From Candidatus Melainabacteria bacterium (GTDB lineage: Bacteria > Cyanobacteriota > Vampirovibrionia > 2-02-FULL-35-15): a stretch of DNA of 64,000 bases. The DNA lies in assembly GCA_016193285.1 (NCBI GenBank), contig JACPSL010000018.1, positions 91,535-155,534 on the forward strand, written 5' to 3'. A program made the translations under genes and the position numbers. A model generated the notes under the pieces. It saw only the letters and a program-made list of their open reading frames with translations, made no database searches and was not told where the DNA came from. Positions 1 to 9,768 of this stretch are shown here, piece after piece (the stretch's first letter is position 1; each line of letters begins with the position of its first letter).

Positions 1-202
1 CATCTTCTCCCCTTTTGAATACCCAGGAATCCAAAAGTTCATATGCAGTACCACCTAGTAATGCTGCTCCTGCAACATGTCTTCTTTTTATATCTTCATA
101 CCAGCATCTTTTATCTTTTGGAGTGTAAGTAGTACCAAATAATTGCCTGTCCCAGAAACCAACTGTGGTTTTTATTTCTACTGTTTTCAAAGCATCAACC
201 AT
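1..202 (-). CDS. N-terminal part of a hypothetical protein (MVDALKTVEIKTTVGFWDRQLFGTTYTPKDKRCWYEDIKRR...). The gene runs off the window start.
   Basis: Open frame on the minus strand from an ATG at 202 to the window edge. No family recognised. Confidence 0.35.
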   Translation of the reverse strand, partial: MVDALKTVEIKTTVGFWDRQLFGTTYTPKDKRCWYEDIKRRHVAGAALLGGTAYELLDSWVFKRGED

Positions 203-327
203 TGATAAACCTTGTAAAATATTCTACTCTTTTAAATAAATTGTCTTCTCTGATATTACAAAACAAGCTTCTTAACCTGCAATAGTTAAGAGCTACAAAA
301 TCTTAAATAAAGATAAAAAATTATAAA

Positions 328-522
328 TTACTTACTTTTTTCATCTTCTTCAGTTAAGCCTGCTTTTATTTCAGTAGCAGTTGAAGTCAATGATTCTTTA
401 AAGTTTTTTAATCCTTTTCCTAAGTTACGCCCAAGCTCAGGTAATTTTTTTGGCCCAAATATAACTAATGCAATTCCTAAGATTACTATTACTTCTGGAA
501 ATCCAAGGTTAAAAGGAAGCAT
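328..522 (-). CDS. tatA: Twin-arginine translocase subunit TatA/E.
   Basis: 64 aa with an N-terminal TM helix, then [21 protein letters not shown] amphipathic helix. This is the classic TatA signature. Confidence 0.8.
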   Translation of the reverse strand: MLPFNLGFPEVIVILGIALVIFGPKKLPELGRNLGKGLKNFKESLTSTATEIKAGLTEEDEKSK

Positions 523-527
523 AACAA

Positions 528-2828
528 CTAAATACTAGCACAATTATTTACAAATGCAAATGCCCAAATTGATCCTGGCCTCTGATAAAGAGATGCTCTA
601 AAGTTCCCATTTATATCCCACGCTTCAGGAGTTCTAAACCAGTATCCTTTTTCATTGTAGACAACATTATAAATACCAAACGCAGTTTGAAGTGATTCTT
701 TTTTTAATCCCCTTAATTCCATATGTGATGCTAAAGCTAATGTAACTCCTGACCATATTTCATTTGATTGAGTGTTTAGTTTCCAGATTTTACTTTCTGG
801 AAGTAAAGTGCCATCTGGATTTATACCATTTATTGCACCAATATTTCCATTACCTATTTTTTTTACATTGAACTCAAAGATTTTTCTTAAAACCTTTTCA
901 ACTCTGTCTTTTTGAAAAATATCTCCAAGCCCTAAAAGATCTGCATACCACTGACCACAAAGCTGGTCTGCCATTATGTTCTCTTTATGTGAGCTTTTTG
1001 TATCGTATAAGTAATATTCACCATTCCAAAGTTTTGACTCAAGATTTATTCTTCCAATTTCAAACCAACTTTTAAAAAGCTCGTGATCTTTATTTAATAA
1101 TTTTGCGATTTCAACTACTGCTAATAAAGATGCTAGCCAAAGGCCATTACAATAAGTGCTAGCTCCATGCATTGTCCAATTATCATATGTTTGATCAGGA
1201 ATATTATCATTTTCAATTAAGCAATCATTGTCTCTGTCAAATTGTTTTAAATATTTAATTGCTTCAATTATGGGAAGCCATGCTGATTTTAAAAACTCAA
1301 TATCTTTTTTACCTGTAAAATAAAAATCACGATAAATTAAAAGTATAAATTTTGAATTTAAATCTTTCCATAGATTTACGTTTATATGCGAGTAAGCATT
1401 AATTTTTAAAAAAGGATCCTCATAAGGTGCTCCTAAATCGTGTGGTGCTGCTCCTTTTACTTTTCTTTCAGCCTTTGTTCTGTCAAGTGGATGGTCAAAA
1501 AACTTTTGCTCTTTAATTTCAAAATCAATTGTTTTTAAGTAGTCTTTCATTATTAATATCTCAAGCTCAGGCCATAGTTTTAAAAGAGGAAACGAGCCGT
1601 AAAACCTTACATCGAGTGTTTCATAAAATGGATAGTCAAAACATTCAAGAGAGCCAAAATGTTCTTCTTGCCTAAAAAACAAGTTGCTCTCTCTTTGTTC
1701 TGATTTCGCCGATACGCCGATACGCCGATACGTTGATGCTTGTTCTCTCCCTGCTGTCCAGATTGTTCCTCCAGCTGCTAGAAAATATAGTTCATTAATC
1801 AAAAGTATCTTAAACCAGTCAGGTTTATCAGTTCGTAAAAATTCTTCCTGCCAATTTTTTATTTCACTTATCCATTTTTCATGATTATTAAATGCTTTGC
1901 GTGCAATTTTTACTACGTTCTTCCCATCTCTGCCAAAAAACTTTGTATAGTGCTTGTACCACTTAGTACCACAACCAGATTCCAATATTGGGAAATCCCA
2001 AGCAAGTACAAAAACAATTGTCTTTCTTTCATAAGGTTTTAGCTTTACTTTTGCACAGATTGCACCAGGAGAATCTTTTAAATTTGATGAAGAGCTAAGA
2101 GCTCCCACTTTTGAAAATGTTTTCCAAATCTCAGAGCCATCTCCATGCTCAGAGAAAGCATTTGCATAACTTACTTCTACATCTTCTCTTTGAACAAAAA
2201 TCCCCATTTGTCCATATTTGTAGTCTTTTTTCTGGCTTAAGTTATCAAAAATTAATCCATAAAAATTGTTTTCTTGATAAAAGAAATTTTCCTTGCTTCC
2301 AAATATACTTTGCCAGCTCCAAAGTAATGAAATCTCTCTTTCACTCTTAGTAGGATTTGAAATATGCCATCTAAAAATTGCAAGAGGATAACTAGTATCC
2401 TGATAATTGTGTGGAATGATTGGAGAAAATTGTTCTTGAATTAAATTTAATCCTTCATATTCAAAATAAGCTCTTGGATATAATGCATGATAAGTGCCAT
2501 TTTGTTTTTTCCAAACCCAAGAAGACAGAGAGTTATCATTTGGTTTATAATCATTTAGAATAAAAGCTGTTCCATTCTCATAGAAACCAAACTGACAGGG
2601 AAAAATTGTTTTATAAATATGCTTCCCAACTTCTAGATGCCATCTTGAAAAATCTCCTCTAAATGATTGAGAAAAAGTCCCTGCTCCAAAGCCACCTAAT
2701 GGGATGCCTTGAAAATATCCATCATCAAAATTAGGCAGTCCTCCTTCAGGACCAATTACTTTTACTACTCCAGGTGACTCATGTGGTTCACCAATTTTTC
2801 TTTTCCAGCTTATTTCTGGGATTATCAT
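528..2828 (-). CDS. GH116-family (GBA2-type) beta-glucosidase/glucosylceramidase-like glycoside hydrolase.
   Basis: 766 aa, the usual size and two-domain organisation of bacterial GH116 enzymes. The family assignment is from memory of conserved blocks, not a search. Confidence 0.55.
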   Translation of the reverse strand: MIIPEISWKRKIGEPHESPGVVKVIGPEGGLPNFDDGYFQGIPLGGFGAGTFSQSFRGDFSRWHLEVGKHIYKTIFPCQFGFYENGTAFILNDYKPNDNSLSSWVWKKQNGTYHALYPRAYFEYEGLNLIQEQFSPIIPHNYQDTSYPLAIFRWHISNPTKSEREISLLWSWQSIFGSKENFFYQENNFYGLIFDNLSQKKDYKYGQMGIFVQREDVEVSYANAFSEHGDGSEIWKTFSKVGALSSSSNLKDSPGAICAKVKLKPYERKTIVFVLAWDFPILESGCGTKWYKHYTKFFGRDGKNVVKIARKAFNNHEKWISEIKNWQEEFLRTDKPDWFKILLINELYFLAAGGTIWTAGREQASTYRRIGVSAKSEQRESNLFFRQEEHFGSLECFDYPFYETLDVRFYGSFPLLKLWPELEILIMKDYLKTIDFEIKEQKFFDHPLDRTKAERKVKGAAPHDLGAPYEDPFLKINAYSHINVNLWKDLNSKFILLIYRDFYFTGKKDIEFLKSAWLPIIEAIKYLKQFDRDNDCLIENDNIPDQTYDNWTMHGASTYCNGLWLASLLAVVEIAKLLNKDHELFKSWFEIGRINLESKLWNGEYYLYDTKSSHKENIMADQLCGQWYADLLGLGDIFQKDRVEKVLRKIFEFNVKKIGNGNIGAINGINPDGTLLPESKIWKLNTQSNEIWSGVTLALASHMELRGLKKESLQTAFGIYNVVYNEKGYWFRTPEAWDINGNFRASLYQRPGSIWAFAFVNNCASI
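1707..1738. repeat. Tandem octamer repeat, CGCCGATA x3 plus one degenerate unit, inside the GH116 coding region.
   Basis: Direct reading of cgccgatacgccgatacgccgatacgttgatg. The 24 perfect bases encode YRRIGVSA on the minus strand. Confidence 0.8.
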
Positions 2829-2967
2829 AAGATATATGACAAGTATATAAGCCAGGAAGTTTCTAACTGTATTTCTAATTTAGGGTTAACGGGTCATATA
2901 AAAATTTTATATTCTTTTAATTTATTTTTAGTTTAAAAACTTTTCTTGCGAGGAAAGATATCTAAGC

Positions 2968-3138
2968 AATGAAGCACAAGAAAAAATTAAAGGATAAAAA
3001 AATGCTTGGAAGTTTTATAGGGAAACTTGATAAGGGAGTTTGCATTATTAGCTTAGTAATATTTTCATTACTTACAATGACAATTATTACATCTGACTTA
3101 TTTAGAGTATTTGATATAACTGGGGTGTTTAAGCAGTA
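2968..3138 (+). CDS. Possible small membrane peptide (56 aa, MKHKKKLKDKKMLGSFIGKLDKGVCIISLVIFSLLTMTIITSDLFRVFDITGVFKQ).
   Basis: Short ORF below the ORF-track cutoff. It has a Lys-rich N-terminus plus one hydrophobic helix. No other support. Confidence 0.2.
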
Positions 3139-3141
3139 GAT

Positions 3142-3213
3142 TGGGCACTATTGGAATCGAACCAATACTTTCTTCCGTGTGAAGGAAGCGTTTTGCCATT
3201 AAACTAAGCGCCC
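3142..3213 (-). tRNA. tRNA-Val (anticodon CAC). CCA is not encoded.
   Basis: Reverse complement GGGCGCTTAGTTTAATGGCAAAACGCTTCCTTCACACGGAAGAAAGTATTGGTTCGATTCCAATAGTGCCCA. It has a 7-bp acceptor stem with one G-U pair, a GTTCGATTC T-loop, and anticodon loop TTCACAC. Confidence 0.85.
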
Positions 3214-3348
3214 TTAAATACCTTGACTGTCCTATTATAAGACACGCTAGATTAAATAAATTTTATCTACTTAGCTATTGACTATAAGAACAAAATGAAA
3301 TAGATTATTTAAATATTATTATTTAAGCATCTTTTAAAAGGAGGAAAT

Positions 3349-3525
3349 ATGACATCTATAAAGATAGGACCTTTAGCTCTCTATAGCAAAATTAGACGAC
3401 CTCAAAAGAGTTTTTCTTCACGGGATAGAGAAGCAATATCTCGCTCTCAAGCTAGTACTCTTCCACCTGAGCATCAATCTAATTTCAGAAGACATATGAA
3501 ACGCCCTAATTTACACTTTGTTTAA
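3349..3525 (+). CDS. Small, highly basic hypothetical protein (58 aa, MTSIKIGPLALYSKIRRPQKSFSSRDREAISRSQ...).
   Basis: A strong Shine-Dalgarno (AAAGGAGGAAAT) sits 6 nt upstream of the ATG. The ORF is just below the track cutoff and is R/K-rich. Confidence 0.35.
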   Translation: MTSIKIGPLALYSKIRRPQKSFSSRDREAISRSQASTLPPEHQSNFRRHMKRPNLHFV

Positions 3526-3569
3526 AAATTTGTTCGTGGAGGTATATCTCAACTCGGGAGAATATTGTC

Positions 3570-3911
3570 ATGAAACAAATATTATTTTTATTAATTAGTT
3601 TAATTTTAATCTCAAGCGATCTTGCATTTGCTACGTGTGGTTATAGAGCACCAGAAATACAAACTCGTCAAAGAAGCTCATTAGTAATTCCTGAATCAAC
3701 AAATAACATAAAAAAACTTGCAGCAATTTCAAAAAAAGATGCAAAGAAATTTGCTACATCTCAATATCACGGTAAAGTTAAAAAAGCAGAACTTATAACA
3801 GAAGACGGCACACTTGTTTGGAAACTTGAAGTTAAAGGTGAACAAGGACAAAAGGAATTATTTATTGATCCAGCAAATGGTACGTTTTTAGGATACGGGT
3901 TAACTAAATAA
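3570..3911 (+). CDS. Secreted PepSY-domain protein.
   Basis: Signal peptide, then a C-terminal block (YHGKVKKAELITEDGTLVWKLEVKG...LFIDPANGTFLGY) that matches the PepSY fold pattern. Confidence 0.5.
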   Translation: MKQILFLLISLILISSDLAFATCGYRAPEIQTRQRSSLVIPESTNNIKKLAAISKKDAKKFATSQYHGKVKKAELITEDGTLVWKLEVKGEQGQKELFIDPANGTFLGYGLTK

Positions 3912-3943
3912 AGAAGCAGGTATGTTATTTTATTTAGTTAACC

Positions 3944-5317
3944 GTGAGAGAAATTCTTGAAAAAACAAAACTAAAATACAAAAAAAATATTCTTGAAACA
4001 ATAGGTTACACTCCGTTAATTCAACTTACAAAGATAACAAAAGGTTTAAAGCCACTAATTCTTATCAAAGCAGAGTTTTTTAATCCTGGCGGATCTGTTA
4101 AAGATCGTCCTGCAATAAAAATGATTGAAGAAGCAGAAAAAAAAGGATTATTAAAACCAGGAGGAACAATAATTGAACCTACTAGTGGAAACACTGGCGT
4201 AGGACTTGCTCAAGTTGCAGCTGTAAAAGGATATCGGTGTGTACTAGTAATGCCAGATAAAATGAGTGAAGAAAAGTTTGCACTTCTTAAAGCATATGGT
4301 GCTGAAGTAGTAAAAGTGCCTACTACTGCTACTTCAAGTCCAGAGAGTTATAACAATGTAGCTCAAAGACTAGCTACAGAAATTCCCGGAGCATTTTTAC
4401 CAAATCAGTTTCAAAATCCTGATAATCCAAAAGCTCACTATGAAACAACTGGACCAGAAATTTGGGAAGATACACATGGAAAAGTTACACATCTTGTTGC
4501 AGGAGTTGGAACAGGTGGAACAATTTCTGGAATTGCTAAATTTTTAAAAGAAAAAAATCCAAAAATTAAAATAATTGGTGTAGATCCTGAAGGATCAATT
4601 TACTCAGGTGATTATAGTAAGTCATATAAGATTGAAGGAATTGGAGAAGACTTTTTACCTCGCAATGTAAATCTGTCGTTAATTGATCAATTTGAAAGAG
4701 TTAATGATAAAGATGCTTTTGAAACAGCTAGAAAGCTAGCAAAAGAAGAAGGGATTTTAGCTGGTGGATCTGCTGGAGCTGCAGTTTGTGGAGCTATAAG
4801 AATTGCTAAAAACTTAAAAGAGAATGACATAGTAGTAGTAATTCTTCCTGACACTGGAAGAGCTTATCTAAGTAAGATTTACTCAGACAAATGGATGAAA
4901 GAAATGGGATTTCTTGCAGGCAGCCCATACAGGATAACATTAAAAGAATTGTTAACAAAAAAAGAATTTTCAGATAAGCTAATCTCTATAAATTACAGAG
5001 CTACTGTCAAAGAAGCAATTGAAGTAATGAGAAAAGACAGCATTTCACAATTACCTGTTGTAAAAGGAAATGGTTATGTTGGGAGCTTAAGTGAAATTGC
5101 ATTAATGCAGGGGATTTTTGATAGAACAATTCAGACTAATGATCCTATTGAAAAAATAATGGGCAAGCCTTTCCCAGAGCTTGATGAAAATACTGAAGCA
5201 GAAGAAGCATTTAAAGAATTTGCTCTTGGCGGTTCAGCAATTATTGTAAAAAGAAGTGACAAGCCAGTTGGACTTTTAACAAAGATAGATTTGCTTGATC
5301 AGTTTTTAAGTAAATAG
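3944..5317 (+). CDS. Cystathionine beta-synthase: PLP-dependent CysK/CBS-type catalytic domain plus a tandem CBS pair.
   Basis: GGSVKDRPA PLP-lysine motif, TSGNTG, a GxGTGGT glycine loop, and a C-terminal approximately 120-aa Bateman (CBS) module. Confidence 0.8.
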   Translation: MREILEKTKLKYKKNILETIGYTPLIQLTKITKGLKPLILIKAEFFNPGGSVKDRPAIKMIEEAEKKGLLKPGGTIIEPTSGNTGVGLAQVAAVKGYRCVLVMPDKMSEEKFALLKAYGAEVVKVPTTATSSPESYNNVAQRLATEIPGAFLPNQFQNPDNPKAHYETTGPEIWEDTHGKVTHLVAGVGTGGTISGIAKFLKEKNPKIKIIGVDPEGSIYSGDYSKSYKIEGIGEDFLPRNVNLSLIDQFERVNDKDAFETARKLAKEEGILAGGSAGAAVCGAIRIAKNLKENDIVVVILPDTGRAYLSKIYSDKWMKEMGFLAGSPYRITLKELLTKKEFSDKLISINYRATVKEAIEVMRKDSISQLPVVKGNGYVGSLSEIALMQGIFDRTIQTNDPIEKIMGKPFPELDENTEAEEAFKEFALGGSAIIVKRSDKPVGLLTKIDLLDQFLSK

Positions 5318-5388
5318 CTTTATATCTTAGGTTTAATCAGGGATTTGTTTCTAAGATTTATTAAGTGGGTATAATATCCCTGTAAAAA

Positions 5389-8300
5389 ATGAAAAAATTA
5401 ATTTGTTTAATCTTCGTATTGTCTATTAATCTTCCAACCCTTGCAGCACTAGGCATTAACTATGGAAATCTTTTTACTATTCCTCTTTTAGAAAATCATA
5501 AAGATAAAAGTACTATACTTCTTGCTCAGTCACAAACAAGTTTTTCAGGATCTACTAGTGGTAACAATGAAACACCATTTTCTGACACAGTTAAGATGTA
5601 CCTGTCCTCTACCCCTTCAAACTTACTTGGAGCTTATGAACATTACAAACCTCAATCAGCTCATCTAAACTTAACTGGTACATCTCAAACTACTCCAGCA
5701 TTTACTATTACAGCAAATGCTACTTTTACAAATCAAGCTTGGTCAATCACTGATGTTCAATTAAGTGGCACAGTTCCTACCAGCTATACTGTTCCTGAAC
5801 TTATAATCGATGATATTGTTGCTCAAATTGGAGGTCCTCAGTGTACTGGAACTAAATTTATTGCTGTAAAAACAATGGGTGGTCAAGATTATCTCATTAC
5901 TTGGATGATTGACGGCACCTCAACCAATGAAACTCGTCCTGTTTTACTTCCTAGACTTCAATTAACTCCATGGATAGGTGATAAGAGAGGCTGGCTTATT
6001 AAAATAAGAAACACAAACCCAGAAGGCGGGTTTGATCCTTATGCAGTTCCTTATGGACAAGACAATGTAAACCTAAAAAATTTAATCGATCCAATCATAA
6101 ATGTAATAAACAGATTGTCTAATAATCAAGTCAGGATGTTTTATGAAATAAAAGAAGCTTATTATAATGGACCTACAAATATAAGTTGCCAACTAAATCA
6201 AAACCCAATTATAAGTAATGTTCTTACTAATCTAGGAATCAATGAAACAAACTGGCGAAGCAGCTTTGACTTTTCAGTATACACAATGTACAAAATATTG
6301 CTTGATGCCTTCAAGCAGTATGAGAATTGTTATATACCACAAGGTACTGCCGCTTTTTGTGCTGCTGGTGCATGGTATCCAGATATTATTACTTCCTCTT
6401 TCAACGAAAGAACTTTTCAACATGAATTTGGACACACTATAAAATTTCCTCATCCATATTTAAATATCAATTGTGAAGGTGGCAATCCTCAAAACGTAAT
6501 AGCAAACCAGGTATTTGACAGCTGCAATGATTCACCAAGAAGCCCAACTTCAAATATGGGCCCAAACAATGGATTTTGGTGGAGTCCTATGGAAAGAGCT
6601 ATTCTTGGCTGGTTAAAAGGAGCTCAAGTAAAATCAATATCAAAGACTGGAATATATGACTTATACAGTGATAACGACGATCTTACTTCTGATCCTAGTA
6701 AACCTCTTATCCTTCAAGTACCAGTTAAAGTTAATAACATAACTGATTTTATTTATTTAACGCTACCAAATATAAGTGATGTAACTTACTGTTATAGTAG
6801 GACTGGTGAAACAGAGTTCATAGATCATTACAGTATGGGAGTTGAACTTAGTGCAGCGCACAATTTAAATCTTGATTTTACTGCATCAAGATTTGGTAGA
6901 AGTCTTTATTCAGTTGGATTAAAAGTATATAGTTACAACAATCAACCGTACAATGATGGTGACTGGCAAGCAGAAAGAAATGCTACATTCAAAAATACTA
7001 TACAACCTGATCAAGAAGTTCATCTAAATTGGCAAGGTACAGATGTCGTAATAAGAAATTTAGAACGCAGCGGTAATCATGCAAGAATTAGTATTCAATA
7101 CAACGAAGACATAACTTTATCTTCCTCATCAAGCTCATCAAGTAGTTCAAGTTCATCTTCATCATCAAGTTCGTCAAGTTCCTCTTCTAGTTCATCTTCT
7201 TCTAGCTCAGGTGGTTCATCATCATCATCATCTTCTTCTTCTAGTTCATCTTCCTCAAGTTCATCTTCTTCTAGCTCAGGTGGTTCATCATCATCTTCTT
7301 CTTCTAGTTCATCTTCCTCAAGTTCATCTTCTTCTAGCTCATCAAGTAGTTCAAGTTCATCTTCATCATCAAGTAGTAGTTCTTCCTCAGGTGGTTCATC
7401 ATCATCTTCTTCTAGTAGTTCATCATCTTCTTCTTCAAGTAGCTCTTCAGGTGGAGTAGATGGTAGCTCATCATCAAGTAGTAGTTCTTCTTCAGGTGGT
7501 TTCTCTACTTCAACAACCTCAAGTACTTCTACAGGTGGTACTTCTACCTCAACAACTTCAAGCACTACTTCATCTACAACCTCAAGTACTACAACTGGTG
7601 GTGCTCCAAGTTTAGGTGGTGGTGGTCTGTTTTTACCTTTAGAACCTCCTCCACAAACACCAGTACCTATTACATCTCCAACACCAAGTCCACAAGTACC
7701 TGAAGAGCCAATAACATCTCCTCCTCCAATTGCTACGGATCAAGGAAATGAAACAAAAAGTAATGAGAAGGAAATTGAACTTATTTTATCCTCTCAATTA
7801 CCTAATACTGCTTGGCAATCGCTTACACCAGATGAGTTGTCTAGTAATGTTAGTCTTGCATATAGTGATTCAAGCCTAACATTTGAAATTAAGCTTGCAA
7901 ACGATATTTCTAGTTCAGATATAGTTGCTCTTGATCTGGTAGATAGTAAGGGTACTGAATTTAAAAATATTCCGTTTACATTAACTTCAACTTCAAAAAA
8001 TTTAAATAATTTTATTTTAAGTTTTCAAATGCCTAGTAATATTGCTAAGGGCAAAATGACATTTAAACTAACATCAAATAAGGATACTACCTTTATTGGA
8101 TCAGTTAGAATTGTTAATTCTTTAAACATTGTAGCCATTACTTCTGGAAAAGAAAAAATCATTTCAAAACCAGTTATTAATAAGATTCAAGTAAAAAAGA
8201 AAAATAACAATGTTATCTTAGGTTTATTAGGCAATGGCTTTATAGATAAAAAACCACTTTTTACTAAAGATGGTAAGAAAACAGTCTTAAGAAGTAATAA

Positions 8301-8502
8301 AGGTAGTGAAAACACTATAGTTACAGTATTCCCAAGCAATCTAAATATAAACCAAAAGATAACTTCTATTTCAAAAAATGGCAGGAGCCTTACGATAAAG
8401 TTAGTTTTAAATAAAGAAGATCTTAAAGAACAAGTTCAAGGTATTGTTACTGTTGCTACCCCAAGAGGAATTACATCCAAGCAATTTGTAATCGATAAAT
8501 AA
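5389..8502 (+). CDS. Large secreted, probably cell-surface, protein. It has an N-terminal metzincin-like zinc-protease region (HEFGHTIKFPH), a poly-Ser/Gly/Thr stalk, a Pro-rich linker and a C-terminal beta-rich domain.
   Basis: Signal peptide. The HExxHxxxxxH spacing matches metzincins with Gly replaced by Lys. Roughly 150 residues are almost pure Ser. PLEPPPQTPVPITSPTPSPQVPEEP linker. Confidence 0.6.
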   Translation: MKKLICLIFVLSINLPTLAALGINYGNLFTIPLLENHKDKSTILLAQSQTSFSGSTSGNNETPFSDTVKMYLSSTPSNLLGAYEHYKPQSAHLNLTGTSQTTPAFTITANATFTNQAWSITDVQLSGTVPTSYTVPELIIDDIVAQIGGPQCTGTKFIAVKTMGGQDYLITWMIDGTSTNETRPVLLPRLQLTPWIGDKRGWLIKIRNTNPEGGFDPYAVPYGQDNVNLKNLIDPIINVINRLSNNQVRMFYEIKEAYYNGPTNISCQLNQNPIISNVLTNLGINETNWRSSFDFSVYTMYKILLDAFKQYENCYIPQGTAAFCAAGAWYPDIITSSFNERTFQHEFGHTIKFPHPYLNINCEGGNPQNVIANQVFDSCNDSPRSPTSNMGPNNGFWWSPMERAILGWLKGAQVKSISKTGIYDLYSDNDDLTSDPSKPLILQVPVKVNNITDFIYLTLPNISDVTYCYSRTGETEFIDHYSMGVELSAAHNLNLDFTASRFGRSLYSVGLKVYSYNNQPYNDGDWQAERNATFKNTIQPDQEVHLNWQGTDVVIRNLERSGNHARISIQYNEDITLSSSSSSSSSSSSSSSSSSSSSSSSSSSSSSGGSSSSSSSSSSSSSSSSSSSSSGGSSSSSSSSSSSSSSSSSSSSSSSSSSSSSSSSSSSGGSSSSSSSSSSSSSSSSSSGGVDGSSSSSSSSSSGGFSTSTTSSTSTGGTSTSTTSSTTSSTTSSTTTGGAPSLGGGGLFLPLEPPPQTPVPITSPTPSPQVPEEPITSPPPIATDQGNETKSNEKEIELILSSQLPNTAWQSLTPDELSSNVSLAYSDSSLTFEIKLANDISSSDIVALDLVDSKGTEFKNIPFTLTSTSKNLNNFILSFQMPSNIAKGKMTFKLTSNKDTTFIGSVRIVNSLNIVAITSGKEKIISKPVINKIQVKKKNNNVILGLLGNGFIDKKPLFTKDGKKTVLRSNKGSENTIVTVFPSNLNINQKITSISKNGRSLTIKLVLNKEDLKEQVQGIVTVATPRGITSKQFVIDK
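7120..7560. repeat. Highly repetitive poly-Ser-coding tract (TCA/TCT/AGT/AGC microsatellite-like) within the 1037-aa protein.
   Basis: Direct reading. The antisense ORFs 7095..7565 and 7211..7459 are artefacts of this low-complexity tract. Confidence 0.85.
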
Positions 8503-8531
8503 AACTCTACCACAAGTGATAAAATAAAAAT

Positions 8532-9680
8532 ATGCAATTTGAAACAAAAGCAATTCACATTGGTCAAGAACCAGATCCAACTACTGGTGCAACTATTACA
8601 CCTATTTATCAGACATCTACCTTTACACAAGATGCTCTAGGAAAACACAAAGGCTATGAATATTCAAGAACTGGAAACCCTACACGAGCAGCACTTGAAA
8701 CTGTTTTAGCTTCACTTGAAAATGGAAAATATGGGCTTTGTTTTGCTTCTGGATTAGCAGCTACAGTAAATGTTTTATGCTTGTTACAAGCTGGTGATGA
8801 GATTTTAGCTTGTGATGATCTTTATGGCGGTACAATTAGACTCTTTAACAGAGTATTTCCTAACTTCAATATTAAAACTACTTATGTAGATGGTACAAAT
8901 CAAAAAAACTTTGAAGATGGAATTACATCAAAAACTAAATTAATCTGGATTGAAACACCAACTAACCCTATGCTAAGACTTTGTGATATAAGTGCTATTA
9001 GTAAAGTCGCAAGACAAAGGGCGGATGGCCATCTGCCCCTACTGGCTGTTGATAATACATTTGCAAGCCCATTTTTTCAAAAGCCTCTTGATCTTGGTGC
9101 AGACATTGTAATCCATAGCACAACTAAATACTTAGGTGGGCACAGTGATGTAGTTGGTGGCACAGTAATTGTAAGTGATAAAAATATTTATGAAAAAATA
9201 AAGTTTTATCAAAATGCTCTTGGTGCAACACCAGGACCACTTGATTCATGGCTCATACTAAGAGGGGTTAAAACCTTGGCACTTAGAATGAAAAAACATG
9301 AAGAAAATGCAATCAAGGTAGCAGAGTTTCTAGAAAAACATCCAATAGTAAAAAAAGTAAATTACCCAGGCTTAAAATCTCACCCTCAGTATGAACTTGC
9401 AAAAAAACAAATGACTGGGTTTGGTGGAATGATATCTTTTGAAGTAAAAGGTGGAAGAGACATTGTTAAAAAAATAGTTGAATCAACTAAGCTCTTTGCA
9501 CTTGCTGAAAGTCTTGGGGGAGTTGAATCGCTGATTAATTTCCCGTTTACAATGACTCATGCAGGAGTTCCTGATAATCATAAAGCAAGGCTTGGTATTA
9601 CAGAAAGTTTAATTAGACTTTCAGTAGGAATTGAAAATACAAATGATTTAATAGATGATTTAAGACAAGCACTAAGTTGA
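8532..9680 (+). CDS. Cystathionine gamma-lyase / gamma-synthase family PLP enzyme (MetB/MetC/MccB type).
   Basis: 382 aa. It has the Cys/Met-metabolism PLP-enzyme blocks YSRTGNPT and TKYLGGHSDVVGG, where the lysine binds PLP. Confidence 0.8.
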   Translation: MQFETKAIHIGQEPDPTTGATITPIYQTSTFTQDALGKHKGYEYSRTGNPTRAALETVLASLENGKYGLCFASGLAATVNVLCLLQAGDEILACDDLYGGTIRLFNRVFPNFNIKTTYVDGTNQKNFEDGITSKTKLIWIETPTNPMLRLCDISAISKVARQRADGHLPLLAVDNTFASPFFQKPLDLGADIVIHSTTKYLGGHSDVVGGTVIVSDKNIYEKIKFYQNALGATPGPLDSWLILRGVKTLALRMKKHEENAIKVAEFLEKHPIVKKVNYPGLKSHPQYELAKKQMTGFGGMISFEVKGGRDIVKKIVESTKLFALAESLGGVESLINFPFTMTHAGVPDNHKARLGITESLIRLSVGIENTNDLIDDLRQALS

Positions 9681-9768
9681 AAACAAAGACATACAAATTT
9701 CATTCCTTGGCAATCTATGTTAAAAATAAAAGAAGTTATTCTTAGGATCCAAGAAAGGAAAAAGAAAG

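Noticed and set aside
1684-2350. Plus-strand ORFs (66 and 79 aa) opposite the GH116 gene.
   Set aside because: They are antisense to a well-supported 766-aa CDS, and no independent signals were found.
7095-7565. Antisense and alternate-frame ORFs (156 aa Glu/Leu/Asp-rich on the minus strand, 82 aa His/Leu/Val-rich on the plus strand) inside the poly-Ser tract. The regular repeats also look superficially like a CRISPR array.
   Set aside because: They are artefacts of the TCx/AGy microsatellite that encodes the Ser stalk of the 1037-aa protein. The repeat units are 3-9 bp without spacers, so this is not CRISPR-like.
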